Part shown: in pieces, positions 39,228 through 53,112 of the stretch
Layout: every line of letters starts with the position of its first letter
Position numbering within the stretch: the first letter of the stretch is position 1
Assembly: GCF_001194135.2 (NCBI RefSeq)
Contig: NC_068985.1
Coordinates: 69,544,525 to 69,607,112, forward strand
DNA length: 62,588 nt
Direction: 5' to 3'
DNA from: Octopus bimaculoides
Taxonomy: Eukaryota
Made by a program: the position numbers and the translations under genes
The notes under the pieces: model-generated
What the model saw: only the letters and a program-made list of their open reading frames with translations
What the model was told of the DNA's origin: nothing
The model's database searches: none

Positions 39228-41916
39228 AAGAAGAAGAAGTGAAGAAGAAGTGAAGTAGAACAACAACAACAACATTAGCAGCACCATCAACAACAATAAC
39301 GAATGCGACAACATCAAGAACAAAACCAACAACAGTAGTAACAATGAAGGAGTTGCGACACAAACCGGTACAACGATTGGAACAGCCTTGCAAAGCTTTC
39401 TTTCGCTGCAGTAGCCAAGTTATCTCTTCAGAGAATACGATTTTTCGAAAATGAACTTAAATATGCTAGACAAGTAGTCGAGGGAGATGAACTAGCTGTA
39501 TAGTTGAATACCCCTCCTGATACAATCCAGGCTACGAAACGCCACACAGTAGCGTAGTGTACAATCAGGTTAAATTCAAGAAAGGCGGAAAGAGCCAAGG
39601 AGGCTCAAATACCACAAACTTTAGGTTCCGTCTGTATTCTAAAAGAATATATACAGAGAAGAATGACCTATAGAATGATGGACTGTCGTGTCCATAACGA
39701 GGAAGTGGCCAAAAATTCATGTCTGCATCCCCTCAAAAGTGATGGGCTGTTGCTAGTTCCTTACTACTGAGATCAGCGACTGACCAAAATCATAATTCAG
39801 CAGGTATAGCCAGAAATAAACATTCCTTGGCTGATTGCGACAGTGATGGTAGACATCGAAGAAATCTCGAGAATCCTCGATCCCTATCACACTAAAAAGG
39901 AGAACTGGTCTGCGATGACTGTAGAACTCCTCATTTAAACAACAAAAAGAATGTGGATCCCATCCCAGACCAGAAGCTTCATGCTGGAGGCAGCAAAATT
40001 CCAGTCAAGATTAGTGGAAGGAAAGGAAAGTGTCACCTTTGCTTTTCCCCTAAGCATTTAAAAGCCGACTGCCTTAAACAAAACGAAAAAAAGAGACGGG
40101 CACCTCTCCTCTTTGCACCAACACGGCCACCAGAACTCCAGCGATAACAGCAGCAGTACCATCACCATCACCAGATTCAGCCGTAGCATCACCAACACCA
40201 ACACCAACAGCCATACTGACACTGAGTTCACACAAACACTTCTGAGTGCCCGAAGGTGTTCCAGTTCCCGATGCAGAGCGGGTGGACATTACAGCTGCAG
40301 AGACTACCCCGATGAAGACTGGCAGTTAAAAAGAAAAAAAAAAGCACTTAAAGGGACAGAAGGAAAAATAGACATATGTACAACAACAACAATCCTCGTC
40401 CATTCAGGAAGTGCAATTGAAAAATATAAAACAATAAAAATAAATACGCCCCCAAAAAACACTACATCGACATCACCTCCATTAACACAAGCCATTCCGC
40501 AACAACAACAACAACTGCACCAGCAACAACATACACAGATTAAAGACGGTAACATTACCAACTACATGGCAATAAATTAAAAGATAACAATGAATTAATG
40601 AAATATATAACAAGATAATGTCGAACCCACAATCTCCCTACCTGCACACATACAAATCATTCAAACAACACAAAACATTTACACACACTTAGAAGCTCAA
40701 TTTCCACAGGAAGTCGGAAATGTTCGATAGAACATCACCAATAGAATTCCTGATGATTTGCTATTGGAAACAGCCCAAGCCAGTAGAAACGACAGGCAAT
40801 CTGCCCCTCCAAACAAAACCAAGTAAGTTTTCGCTTTCTTTTCTTCTATTTTTTTGACAGCTGGTCTTGTATAAAACAGACAGCGCGAATGTACGTGGCC
40901 TGGGGTCACCTTGGAAGAGGGGTCACCTGCTCAACGCCATCTGGATCATGCAATACGGACGATCTTCTTAGATCCGTAAGGTAAGTCGGGGGTCCTGGAT
41001 GTGACAGCCAGCGAAGGACATACTTTGAGGTTAGTTGCCGTCTATGCCACGACATCTGGAAACTTTCCTGGGAACGTCCCGCTCTTTAGTGTTAGTGGGC
41101 GATTGGAATGGAGTCTTAGCTATAAAGTGGGCTTATGTAGGTTTAGCGGATAAGAGAGGAGGGTGCAAAAGCCTCGCAATTGTTTCAAAAGTATAGACTG
41201 AATTTCCCAGAGGTGGCAGTGTGGATCCAGTCAAACCGCATCGTGTGATCCAAATCATATCTAGATAGGGTATTTTGTGGACTAGTACATAAGTATAGTA
41301 TAGGACGTGTACATTTTCAAGTGGTCGACTATACAAACTACAAATTCGTGATCTGTACAGTCGGCTTAGATAGGCATCATGATTAGGGACCCGGTTGCTG
41401 GAAACGGAGCACTACGTTACCGGTGGGTAAAGATTTCACAAACCGAAGTAGAGAATTGGTAAGAGGGCTTTGACGGGGGCAATAATCAACAACAATTCGT
41501 GGTTCACCCTTAAATGGGTGATTGGAATAGAATCAATAAGGTTTAGCAAAAGACAAGCAGTAGCTCGAAACATAGTAGAGATATCTAGTCAATAAGTTAG
41601 ACGAAGATTTTAGAAAAAGAATCGGTACCGACATGCTCACAGCGAGATTGGCATACAATCAATTCTTCACCTCCAACCATGAAGGACGCATTGTCAGAGC
41701 TAAGACACGAGCACTTAGACACGAAAGGAAGAAAGCCGTTCAATGGGCCCGAGTGGCAGAGGCGCAGTGTGGTAATAACTCCGCAATCTGATCCTTTCTG
41801 AACCAGAAAGGGCAAATGATAACTGATCCGGGACAGATGTGTGAGGTTTTTCAGCGGCGTTTCACTCAACTGTTCGGGAGCAGCTGTGAACTGGGTCCGG
41901 ATTTCAGTTCCCTACC
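38950..41916 (+). mobile_element. Tx1-like LINE fragment D: ORF1 with gag-like CCHC knuckle, AP endonuclease and linker (pseudogenised)
   Basis: ORF1 PEINIPWLIAT...ENWS and KCHLCFSPKHLKADC (CX2CX4HX4C, 40031-40072); ORF2 NVRGLGSPWKRGHLLN, LRLVAVYA, ETFLGTSRSLVLVGDWN (about 41100), SYLDRVF (about 41260), GPGCWK, FQRRFTQLFG. 5' boundary uncertain. Confidence 0.88.
39085..39300. repeat. (AAG)/(AGT)n/(AAC) compound microsatellite
   Basis: Read directly. Confidence 0.93.
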
Positions 41917-42240
41917 TTGAAAAAACTACATAAATTCTTTAAAAGATTTGGACTATCAATTTCTATTGAAAAGGAACACACCTCCATTAACTACTTGGCC
42001 ACAGCCTGCAATCTAGCCACAGGAATCCATAAACCCTACATGAAACCCAACACTAACCTCAAATATATAAACGCTTCAAGTAACCAACCCAACTTTATTA
42101 AACATAAAGCTTCGTACATAGCATTAGTAATAGAATATCACGCCTCTGTTCTAACTTAGATATCTTTAACAGACATAAAGAAATCAATAAATCCGCACTA
42201 CGGAAAGCAGGATTTAAACGTAAAATTGATTACGTTGACC
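41917..42240 (+). mobile_element. Penelope-like element RT C-terminal fragment (Neptune-like)
   Basis: KKLHKFFKRFGLSISIEKEHTSINYL...NLATGIHKPYMKPNTNLKYINASSNQP and SALRKAGFKRKIDY match the PLE RT motif NFLDVTLDL...YKPYRKPN...YIN..SNHP. Confidence 0.8.
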
Positions 42241-42744
42241 CTAATCACCCTACATGTAGTCCAAATAACAGAAAACCACTCACTAATGCTACTAAAACCA
42301 ACCACACACCATAAACTACACCAACAATAGGAACACTACGGGTCACCACAATAGAAACAACACCAATATGATCAAAGCCACGGCCCATACACAATCCACT
42401 ATTAACAACAAAAATAACCGCAACAATAATACCGGCAAAGTGATATCAAATAGGATTAACAATATTAGCAAAACTAATAACACTAAGTACACAAATAAGC
42501 TACAAAATAACGTTAGCTACAAAAATAATAGTACAAACCTAGTATTATCATTATTGTTATTAATATGGAGTGAAAGTGCAATGCCTGCCATCAAAGTGTT
42601 ATTGCGGTACAAACACACGAAGCCCAATATACTTATTGTGACTACTCGTCTGATAATCGTACACAACTCACATACATCACAACCATATGTGCGTGATATA
42701 CGGACCTCATATCAAAATAAACAGTGCATGAACTTGTAGATGGT

Positions 42745-42960
42745 ACCAATTTAGGATTGTCACCGGATCCAGTAACACATCCCGCGCAAAATGTCCCTGA
42801 CAAAGGGTTTTTTCAGGCTGATGCACAGAACACACATGTTGCCTGGTGGAAAGTATTGAAACTCCAAATAATCCTCAACATATGTTTACGAGGCTCTCCC
42901 ACTATTCTTGCTCGTGATCAGAGATGCAAATACCCTCAGTCACTAAGGGACATGCTCAAC
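42745..42960 (-). mobile_element. Possible Tx1-like endonuclease N-terminal remnant
   Basis: Frameshifted ARIVGEPRK / FQYFPPG / DVLLDP pieces; weak. Confidence 0.3.
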
Positions 42961-43189
42961 CGCTTAAAATCAGGCATGTGATTAGCGTATCTGTAGTATG
43001 AATCCGAATATTTCCAGTAGTCCATCTTTTGTACGAAGACAAGATATCTTAGCACTTCCAATCAGTTAATATAATTGCCTGGTATTGCGTTATTAATAAT
43101 ATTATTTTCATTATTATTTCATAACTTTCTAACGACTCCTAGCTGTTCGTAATAATGTTTTCTACAACTCCATTAGACAAAGTTTTATC

Positions 43190-43490
43190 CTTATTTCCTC
43201 TATCCGTGTGTTCAAACATTTATTTACGATTCTATAAATGGTATGATTTGTTCTTGTTTTTCTCTTCTTTGCGGTGTCCTCAGTTGTTGTATGGCTATTT
43301 TTGAAGCCCGCTGAATACCATTTTCTATAAGTAGTGACGGGTATTTTTGTTTGAGCAGAAATTCTTTCAGTTCCATCAGGCGCTGATGTCTGGTCTTTAG
43401 ATCCTCTACAATGGTACAGATTCTTCTGGCTATGTATATATATATTTGGATGCAAACAGTTTGATTCAAATTCGCTGGTACTCTTGAGTT
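43190..43490 (-). mobile_element. Penelope-like element RT thumb fragment (second subgroup)
   Basis: IARRICTIVEDLKTRHQRLMELKEFLLKQKYPSLLIENGIQRASKI...IIPFI is a typical PLE thumb. Confidence 0.8.
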
Positions 43491-45359
43491 TCAAGCACGA
43501 TGCTAGTAGTCAGCACGCACACACGCTCGCGCACACATACGCACATNNNNNNNNNNNNNNNNNNNNNNNNNNNNNNNNNNNNNNNNNNNNNNNNNNNNNN
43601 NNNNNNNNNNNNNNNNNNNNNNNNNNNNNNNNNNNNNNNNNNNNNNNNNNNNNNNNNNNNNNNNNNNNNNNNNNNNNNNNNNNNNNNNNNNNNNNNNNNN
43701 NNNNNNNNNNNNNNNNNNNNNNNNNNNNNNNNNNNNNNNNNNNNNNNNNNNNNNNNNNNNNNNNNNNNNNNNNNNNNNNNNNNNNNNNNNNNNNNNNNNN
43801 NNNNNNNNNNNNNNNNNNNNNNNNNNNNNNNNNNNNNNNNNNNNNNNNNNNNNNNNNNNNNNNNNNNNNNNNNNNNNNNNNNNNNNNNNNNNNNNNNNNN
43901 NNNNNNNNNNNNNNNNNNNNNNNNNNNNNNNNNNNNNNNNNNNNNNNNNNNNNNNNNNNNNNNNNNNNNNNNNNNNNNNNNNNNNNNNNNNNNNNNNNNN
44001 NNNNNNNNNNNNNNNNNNNNNNNNNNNNNNNNNNNNNNNNNNNNNNNNNNNNNNNNNNNNNNNNNNNNNNNNNNNNNNNNNNNNNNNNNNNNNNNNNNNN
44101 NNNNNNNNNNNNNNNNNNNNNNNNNNNNNNNNNNNNNNNNNNNNNNNNNNNNNNNNNNNNNNNNNNNNNNNNNNNNNNNNNNNNNNNNNNNNNNNNNNNN
44201 NNNNNNNNNNNNNNNNNNNNNNNNNNNNNNNNNNNNNNNNNNNNNNNNNNNNNNNNNNNNNNNNNNNNNNNNNTATATATATATATATGTATGCGTGTGA
44301 GTGCATATGTATTTATGTTGACGGGATGAAGGGATTTACGCATGTATAGAAATATGAGAAACTACATTGTTTTCCTGAAATTTGTAATGAAAACAGCTTT
44401 CTGAAAGTGTCAGCTGCGTATCTTAACAATATGTAATATCTTGACTGTGTATAATTTCCTGGCTGTTTTTGTATCCGCTATTACCAATGGTACCAATCTG
44501 TTCATATTAATGACTTCTTAATGAAATTATTATCTCTGCTCTCCTCGTTTTATCGTTTTCTCCACAGTACATGTATCAACCTGAAACAACCTTATTTACT
44601 TTACGCTCGTCGGAGCACACAGTTTCAGTTACTGATATAGAACTATGCATAAGCAAAGAAACACGCTATATGACATTTCTTTGTCCGCAGTCGGTAAGTT
44701 TGGATTGGGGAAAATGATGACAAAAAAAAAACATATATTCTAGGATATCAATAGTACACTATTTACAAAAAATCCTTCGTGATGAAAGAATTTTATTCTT
44801 TTTGAGAACAATTTTGTATTTTGATATGTCAAACTACTGGCTGCTAATGCAAACATTCTTTCTCGGAGAAATCTACCCACATCCAAAGCAAACTATATAT
44901 ACGCCGTTAGACATTCATGCTTACATATTCCTCGTTTTGCGTTTGTATGTACGAATGCATGTATCTGTATNNNNNNNNNNNNNNNNNNNNNNNNNNNNNN
45001 NNNNNNNNNNNNNNNNNNNNNNNNNNNNNNNNNNNNNNNNNNNNNNNNNNNNNNNNNNNNNNNNNNNNNNNNNNNNNNNNNNNNNNNNNNNNNNNNNNNN
45101 NNNNNNNNNNNNNNNNNNNNNNNNNNNNNNNNNNNNNNNNNNNNNNNNNNNNNNNNNNNNNNNNNNNNNNNNNNNNNNNNNNNNNNNNNNNNNNNNNNNN
45201 NNNNNNNNNNNNNNNNNNNNNNNNNNNNNNNNNNNNNNNNNNNNNNNNNNNNNNNNNNATATATATATATATATATATATATACAATATGCATACATACA
45301 CACACACACATATATTACGAAATTAAAAGATATGACTGGTCATAGAGTGGCTATTAGCT

Positions 45360-45972
45360 TCACACCTATGAAGCGCTCAGCAGTATAGACGGCTTGTCAG
45401 GAATGGCTTAAGGGGCATAAACTCTCTTCAACTGGAGCCAGAAATAAGAAAGGTTCAAGTGATTTTCTAATCAAAAAAATAATTGTCCATACTGCGGCAA
45501 AGACGGGCTTTATTCCTCTTACATCGGATCCGGCCATGGTGATATTTGAATGAGCTGTACTAGGAATACACAACGAATGGGGAATACCAAGTCTGGAATA
45601 GAAAACATTTTAATTGAAGGCATTGAATGAATGCCTCTTTCCTGGAGTTTAAAAGTTCCCTGCGTCGAGCGAGAGTTTTAAGATCCTCGCCCTGTCTCTC
45701 AAGCAAAGCTTACATCGTTTGCTCCCGTTAATATAAGTCACTGCTCCCTCAAGGAGCTTCCATTTAATCGTATATGGGGTTTTCCACTATTTAACGCCAT
45801 GCATGGCCGGCTAGGGACGTGATGTTGCGTCTTTCCGGACGCTAAAAGAGGAGCTATGCTGGTTCAGACGTTGCTTAAACGGGGAGCGCAGTTAAGCCGA
45901 CATATTTTCGTGTCTCTGTATTGGATATGCTACGAGCACCAATATTGTTTCGTTAAATCCGGGTGTTAAAAC
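45360..45972 (-). mobile_element. Penelope-like element 3' fragment: GIY-YIG endonuclease (45610-45960) and probable 3' flank
   Basis: Minus translation ETRKYVGLTA / FKQRLNQHSSSF...PYTIKWKLLEGAVTYINGSKRCKLCL / LLNSRKEAFIQC is a Neptune-type GIY-YIG C-terminus with frameshifts and stops. Confidence 0.82.
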
Positions 45973-46100
45973 CTTCTTCTTCTTCTTCTTCTTCTTCTTC
46001 TTCTTCTTCTTCTTCTTCTTCTTCTTCTTCTTCTTCTTCTTCTTCTTCTTCTTCTTCTTCTTCTTCTTCTTCTTCTTCTTCTTCTTCTTCTTCTTCTTCT
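45973..46100. repeat. (CTT)n microsatellite
   Basis: Read directly. Confidence 0.98.
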
Positions 46101-47103
46101 ACTTGTCGTTGTAGCTGTTTGAGTGTCGATATTCTTTGACGTGATTCTTATGGTTCTGCTTTTGCTGGAGAAGAGGCCATTTCCAACCGCAAAGCAAGTG
46201 CTGCAGCTGTAACTGTTTGTATTGCTGACTCTGCTGGTTCAGGTGCTTCTATCATCACACCTGTCACCGCTGCCATTGTTGACGTTGTCCCTGTCCTCTG
46301 TAGGTGTACGTTGCCGCTTTTGTTTTACTCTGGCCACCACCCGATAGCTACATTGCTGCTCAAACGCTTTAGAGTGTGCTTCTATTAGAGATATATGAAC
46401 TACTAACGGCACAGAAACATGCATGCGGAGGCACATTGAAAGGCTGTCAATCATATAAAAATGATTTAAGCTAAAGCTTATGTCGCATTCTTTGGCACCA
46501 CCACTTATAGAACATTGGAAGAAATTACCCAGTGGACTCTTGCAACTTTTGAAATGATACAATTTGCAATACAATTGATCATCGTAAGCAAGAATACATA
46601 TAGAAAATAACAATACCATCGGCAATGAGAAATATTAGTAATTTTAAATCTAATCCTTCATAATATCTATACGATTTGGACTTATTTTCATAACTGAAAG
46701 TATAATGTCAACTTATTATACTAAAGAATAGCTACTATCCCATGCTAGTCCCAACAACCGTTCAAAATATACTAAAATATATTATTTGTAAATGTCATAT
46801 TTTTAGAGTTTTCCCTAGATACTCAATATCACTTGTTGGTTTTGCTGCTTTGCGAGTTTGCCCGAAATCCTCCCTGACTGAACAGATCACAGATCAAAGC
46901 ATTCTTAACAATCGACCCTTAAATTTGATTCCAAGCATACCACATTCTAAGCTCATTTTATCAAACAACAGTAAATTGTGTCTCATTTTGTATTTAGACT
47001 ATAGATTTCAAATATTGGGCGGACTGGCCTGTTATTTACTACAGGCTCAGGTCCCTTACCGTGGCTGTCCCGTCGAGTAGCGGGAACAGTATTTATCTTA
47101 CGG

Positions 47104-47104
<1 letters not shown>

Positions 47105-47178
<74 letters not shown>
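47105..47178. repeat. (ATT)n microsatellite
   Basis: Read directly. Confidence 0.97.
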
Positions 47179-47180
<2 letters not shown>

Positions 47181-47229
47181 CTTTACAGATGTAATACAGA
47201 TGAGGTTTCCTACGATTATTTGTGTGGAG

Positions 47230-47620
47230 AAAGATGATAATTTTTATGCTGATGTTATTCGTGTTGTTTTTTGTTGTTGATGATGATGAGGAGTATGAGT
47301 TGGAGGGGGAGGAGGAAGAAGTAGAGAGCAGAAGAAGAGAAGGAGGGGAGAAAGAGTAATAGAATGTGGAGGTGCTGCTGATGCTGGTAGAGGTGATGGT
47401 GGTAGTCGTGGTTGTGATGATGACGATGACGACAGTGACGACGGTGACAATCATGATGTATGTCTAAGATGATGATGAGCACCTCAACGTTGACGATAAC
47501 GATGATCATCTTCATTTTCTGATGGTGATCCTGATTATGATGATCGCGATCATTATATTTATCATGATTTGGGGGATCATCGTGATTATGATGATAAAAT
47601 TTCCTTATTGACATAATCAT
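47230..47620. repeat. Degenerate compound trinucleotide low-complexity tract (GAT/GAG/GGT/GAC)
   Basis: Read directly. Confidence 0.88.
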
Positions 47621-48526
47621 TTATATTTGTTAGATCTTCTTCGTGTACATGGCTACTGACGTCATGTATCGCTTTCAAATTAATTAGCAGATAATATCTG
47701 GGACTTCCTTTATCATTACAGTTTAATCAATTTGAAAGTTATCACTCACAGGTTATGGACAGGTTAACCAAGCCAGATTAATTTGACATTCCAACAAATT
47801 CTCTAACATGCCGTTATATTTCTCCAGTAGATGTATTTTCTGTGACGTGTCTACATAGGCCGGTAAAGGTAACGGTGAAAATAACGCCACGTGAGTAGAA
47901 AATCTCAGAGGTCCAAGTTCATCTGAAAATTTCACTTTGTTAACTAATGAACTTGAAATGGAAACGTCCAGATGAATGCAGCGTTTCCAGAAATGATTCA
48001 GACAGAAAAAAATAAATAAATGATGGATTCTGTATAGAGTAGATATAGTTGACAGTTTATACGAAAACTAAGAACATCGCGTTCTTGTATGTGGTTTTAG
48101 TGTAATTATTTGAAAATTGCTTCAAGAAATTAATATTTTTGTAATCAGAATGCTCCACAAACACAAATGACTGAGGAGACTGCTCAATATTTGGAATATC
48201 ACACACTAAATTGCTGACTTATTGCAACAAAGCTGCGGAAACAAAATGTGGAGGATAAAAATATCTTAGTTACTCCTATTTAAAAATTTCGAATGCAGAC
48301 ATCATATAACCAAATATTATCTCGTTAAGTACCGATTTGGGTTGTTAATTGTTGAAGAAATAAGGGTTATGTCTCTCAAAATATCAACCAGTTTACGAAT
48401 ATTGACGATTACCCAGTTCCCGGCATCAGGTTTCTGGTCAACAGTATTACACGAATTTAGAACGCGAAATTGAACAAAACTCTCCTTTAGAAATTAATCA
48501 AAGCAAATTACTTGCTTCCTGAAGAC

Positions 48527-48836
48527 ACTGTCGTGTGTTGAGGACTTTGTTTCCCAGCCACGTGGTTTCAGGTTCCCTCCCACTGCATGGCACCTCGAGT
48601 AAGTGTCTTCTACTATAATCTCGGTGTGACCTGAGTTATGTGGGTAGATTTAGTAGACGGAAAGTTACATAATCCAGTCGTATATACATGCATACCTATG
48701 TGTTTGTGTGTTGGGGTGTTTGTGTCTCTGTCTATCCCCCACTACCGCTTGACAACCGGTGTTTGTGACTTTACGGTAATGTAATTTAGTGGTTCGGCAC
48801 AAGCGCGCGATAAAATAAGTATCAGGCTTTAAAAAA
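48527..48836 (+). mobile_element. Second tRNA-derived SINE family (SINE-B), diverged
   Basis: Degenerate B-box caggttccctcccactgc, then gcacctcgagtaagtgtcttctactata, agatttagtagacggaaag, internal TG tract, cgcttgacaaccg...tttagtggttcggcac...gataaaataagtatcaggc; layout recalled from an abundant octopus SINE. Confidence 0.75.
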
Positions 48837-50404
48837 GAGCAAAAAGTAATGCTATAGAGACAAATAAAAGATAGATGAATCGCTATAAATATTTGCTTCT
48901 ACAATGGGAACAGATCCTACTAGTTTTTCTTATATCGTCACAAACTCATAAATCAACAGAATTTTTCTCTGCATGTCGCTAAATAATAATAAAATAAATA
49001 GATATATAAAAGGCAGTTGCCACATTTTCGGACAAGATATTTATGTAGTAATAGTTGATAGAAGGAAATGGAAATATCTCCTCGCGAAAAAATCGACTTT
49101 ACTGACAGATGAAAGTTCCGTTGCATTTTTGCTTCTCGTTAAAAACGTGAGGAAATTACAAATGATAAACACCACAGAAGGGTGTCGAAGCACTTTCTGA
49201 TATGCTAATGACTGGTTTCAGAATATTTTCCTGGTAATCGACTGTCTTATATTTGGAACAGTACTATGACAAACAGAAACTAATACTCCCTGCTCTAATG
49301 AGAATGGTTAGATTAATACAATTGTTACCTCAAATTTTTTGCTGAAGAAGTATGGAGATTAAGAATCAATTACCGCGATTGGTGTAAAATTTTATCGTAT
49401 AAAAGCTGACAACCGATTTAAACTATTTTCAATCAACATTAATATCCTCCTGAGTGTAATAATTAGAATTCATAGATTTTTCTCATAATCCACTCTTAAG
49501 CCACGAATAATCTCATTAGTAATCTTTGGTATGATACGTTTAATTCTTTCACTTGAAAGTGTCTCGATATTTTGATGTGCAATCTTTAAATCTGAAAAGA
49601 GCGGGCTCATGTGCATTTACCATGTTGTAACTTAACTAATGATGGGATTTCTGTAAGCTTCACGACCCACTAGTATGTTTTCGGAATCTTTCGGTGCAAT
49701 AGGTATAATTAAATTATGCGAAACCATAAATTGTAAACTCTTCTAAAGACCGTGTGTCTTCCCACCTAAAAATTACTTCTACTAAATTTACTGGATCAAC
49801 ACGCACATCTTTGAAATTAAATTTTAGTACTTTATTTTATGCCACTAATAACTCATTTCTTAAATTTAATGTAGAGAAAGGGCGTTGTTATTCAAATTAA
49901 ATATTTTCCAGGTTAGATTTTGAGATAGAACATTCGGTTTCTACAATGGACCAAGTACTGTATGGGCACGATAACTATGGAATTAAAGCATTTACTTATT
50001 ATGTCCGGACACTTAAAAAAATAAAGACGTAAACATTTCAGCTGTACTTTAATTTCTAAATCCAATACGCATTAAAATTCATGAATTCGTTTTTAGTTAT
50101 TCGTAATTATAATTACTTAACACCTTTCGTTAAATCACTTTTCTTAATTGATGTCCAATGTGAACTTTGAAAATTAGAAAATCGTTATTGTAAATTTTTT
50201 GATTGTAAAAACAAACAAGTAATTTTAGTATTTTAATATACTCCATAACTTATTATAGGGAATGTATGATGGATGTTTTGTGTTGATATACTATACGTGT
50301 AGTAATGATTACTTAAATGGGAGACTGCGGTGCTAAGTGCGACCTTTATTTGGAAGCAGCTACATGACTTTTGACACACGCACACACACGCACAAACACA
50401 CATG

Positions 50405-50455
<51 letters not shown>

Positions 50456-52213
50456 TGTTTGTTTGTATGTATATGAAGGAATGCAAATAGATTTCACGAA
50501 AAACTTTATTCACCACGATCGCTTCGACTTATAACGCACTGGTACATCGCGAGTAAGATGCTGTACGAAGAGTTGTGCTGAATCACGGTTGCACATGTCT
50601 CCTCAGGTAACTTGTCAAACACCTATCTCGTTTTTTATTCGCCATTCCGTTCGTTTCCATAACAATCCATTTTAGTATGTGTAGTCTTGCGCGTGCACAC
50701 AAGGAACTGAGAGACAATGAAGAATTTATCTCATATAAACAATAATATAACTTTTACAAAGGACTGGCTGCAAAAGATAAAATATAATATAAAAATAAGT
50801 ACATGAATCAAACACAATTTATACACCGCTAATAAAATAACGTCGAATAAAACAGTATTTTATTATCGGTTCGTATATTCAAAGAAATATATGTAGAAAG
50901 ACGCACATAGATATCGAGGATGAGGGCTCATTGGAAAATCCACAGCATATTTGTTTTTCATACGCGGAAAATGTCTGCTTGGTATATGGAAAAATACAGG
51001 TGTAAATGGGAATATATCACTTCTGTTTGTAAATATCACCCTGCAAGTACTGAGCGACCAGCTTCTACTCTTTTTGTTTTTTCGTATTACAGAGGGAGTG
51101 AGTATTCCATATATCGTACGGTGCAGTCGCTAGTGAAACAAGCAGCGCCTCAGCAATAGCCTCAGAAGATCTTGTGGCAGCTTCTAATACTGCATCCTGC
51201 TCCTTTTTATTTCTCCACCCCACAGTCTCTAATATGGCTGTTACTGTACAAGTGAAATAGATAGATTCCCTGATCCACACTGCCAGTCACACGTGTTTAG
51301 TGTCATCATCCTCGGCAGTCCTAGCTCCGGAAATGCTCTATATTTTTCAGAAGTTATAAGGATGTGCATATTTGTTTAGTACTTACAAGATCGAATGTCG
51401 TTATGTGTTACTTCGGTATTTACCCCTGCTCCTACGGCACCTCGACACTAAAAACTCTCAAATGAACAGCTATGCATATTGTAGGATCGTCTCAGTAAAA
51501 GTTTTTGACATATTTTACTTTTCATTTATTCGCCTTCCGTTTTGAATATCGAGGTAAGCTTCTTATTTGACCAGTGAAGTAAACGTTTATTTTACATATC
51601 ACTTTACTTTACATGCAACTGCACTGTCGGAGTTATTCCATAAGACCCTGCTTGTTTAAAGATGAATATGTGACTGAGAGATTAATGCAGGTAGACATTT
51701 TTGATTAGATGATTTCTGTTTTAAGTAGCTCCAACAAAATTAGTTTCTGAAATCGAACACGCCATTCATTACTTCAATTGTGAAGTATATACATGTGCTT
51801 CATTGCCATCGGCTAATGAACAACATTTTATACGAGCCTGGTCACTTTTGTGATCGTACCAGTAATGATCGTTTGAGCGCTTGACATATGACATATAACT
51901 ATTAAAGTGTATGTATGTGATTGTCTAAGAGTGCAGGTGCGCACGCGCGCGTTATGCGTAATTCGATGCTTTTGTGAGTGACTCTTTGTTCAGTGTTTGT
52001 GATCATTTGTTTCAATCCAAGCATAAAATACAACGCTACACAACTCTGAAAATGAGCAAATATGTTAACTTACCAGTGGAAAAATATTTCTGAACGTTCT
52101 GTAGGGTTTTCTTAAAAACCATTTCAAAGCAGAATATATTTTCAGTTGACATGTCTCACATTCTTCCACGTCAAATAAAGATATTAATAACAACTATACG
52201 AACAACAACTTCC

Positions 52214-52272
<59 letters not shown>

Positions 52273-52310
52273 TAATGATAATAATAACAATAATGATGAT
52301 GATGAGAGGC
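52214..52310. repeat. (AAT)n grading into (GAT)n
   Basis: Read directly. Confidence 0.95.
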
Positions 52311-52628
52311 AAGATGTTGTATGAGCACAAATCTCAGAAAATGCACTAGCAAAATCCTCTGAGATTTCCCAATCCAAATAGATCCGGAGCTAGACCATAA
52401 CAAACCTTACCTAGTGGTGGTGGACTAGCTGCACTGAGGTCGATGAAAGGTGCTGATATATAGTTGATGTTGCATGCCTCTTTAACCCACGAGTAATCAG
52501 GAAAGCATTAGACAGCTGAAAAGAACGAATAACAAGGTATGGTTGTCTGCAAGTAGTAAGCCCGCTACGCATGCAAAACTTCTGGAGCTGCAGCAAAACT
52601 TGGGATAAGGAGAACAAAAAATAATAAT

Positions 52629-52831
52629 CCTTTTTCCTAAAGGCACAAGGCTTGAAATTTGGTTGCTGTTAGGGGGACAAGTCCATTACATCGTCCTTAG
52701 TGTGTCACTGGTACTTACTTCATCGACGCCGAACGGCAGAAAGGTAAAGTCGACCTCGATAGAATTTGATCTCAGAATGTTAAGACGGACGAAATGTCCC
52801 TCATCATTTTGTCGGGTTTACCAACACCGCC

Positions 52832-52833
<2 letters not shown>
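52629..52833 (-). mobile_element. SINE-A near full-length copy flanked by (ATT)n on both sides
   Basis: Plus strand aataataat-cctttttcctaaaggcacaagg...aaagtcgacctcgatagaatttgatctcagaatg...accgcctt-(AAT)n. Confidence 0.88.
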
Positions 52834-52912
<79 letters not shown>

Positions 52913-52934
52913 TTTATTATTATTATTATTATTG
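52834..52934. repeat. (AAT)n followed by (ATT)n
   Basis: Read directly. Confidence 0.95.
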
Positions 52935-53045
52935 TTCAGTAGTTTTATTTTTATAACGTGCTTTCACTTCACTACCGAGCGCAGCTCTGTGCGCCTTGGG
53001 TATGTGCTGTGGTTTGCTGTGGTGCTCTTATGTTTACTGTATTGA

Positions 53046-53046
53046 A

Positions 53047-53111
<65 letters not shown>
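53046..53111. repeat. (ATT)n microsatellite
   Basis: Read directly. Confidence 0.96.

Positions 53112-53112
<1 letters not shown>

Noticed and set aside
40745-40800. CTGATGA...GAAAC resembling a second hammerhead
   Set aside because: No stem I or II pairing and no GUH triplet; it reads as protein (IPDDLLLETAQ) at the probable end of Tx1 ORF1.
42541-42740. Possible GIY-YIG continuation of the minus-strand PLE (NKYIG)
   Set aside because: Translation in all three minus frames gives no other GIY-YIG motif; left unassigned.
43484-45345. Long ORFs dominated by X
   Set aside because: Artefacts of N-runs being read through.
46101-46625. 128-aa minus-strand ORF and adjacent Ala/Glu-rich sequence
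   Set aside because: No recognisable motif; may be a decayed ORF1 but cannot be supported.
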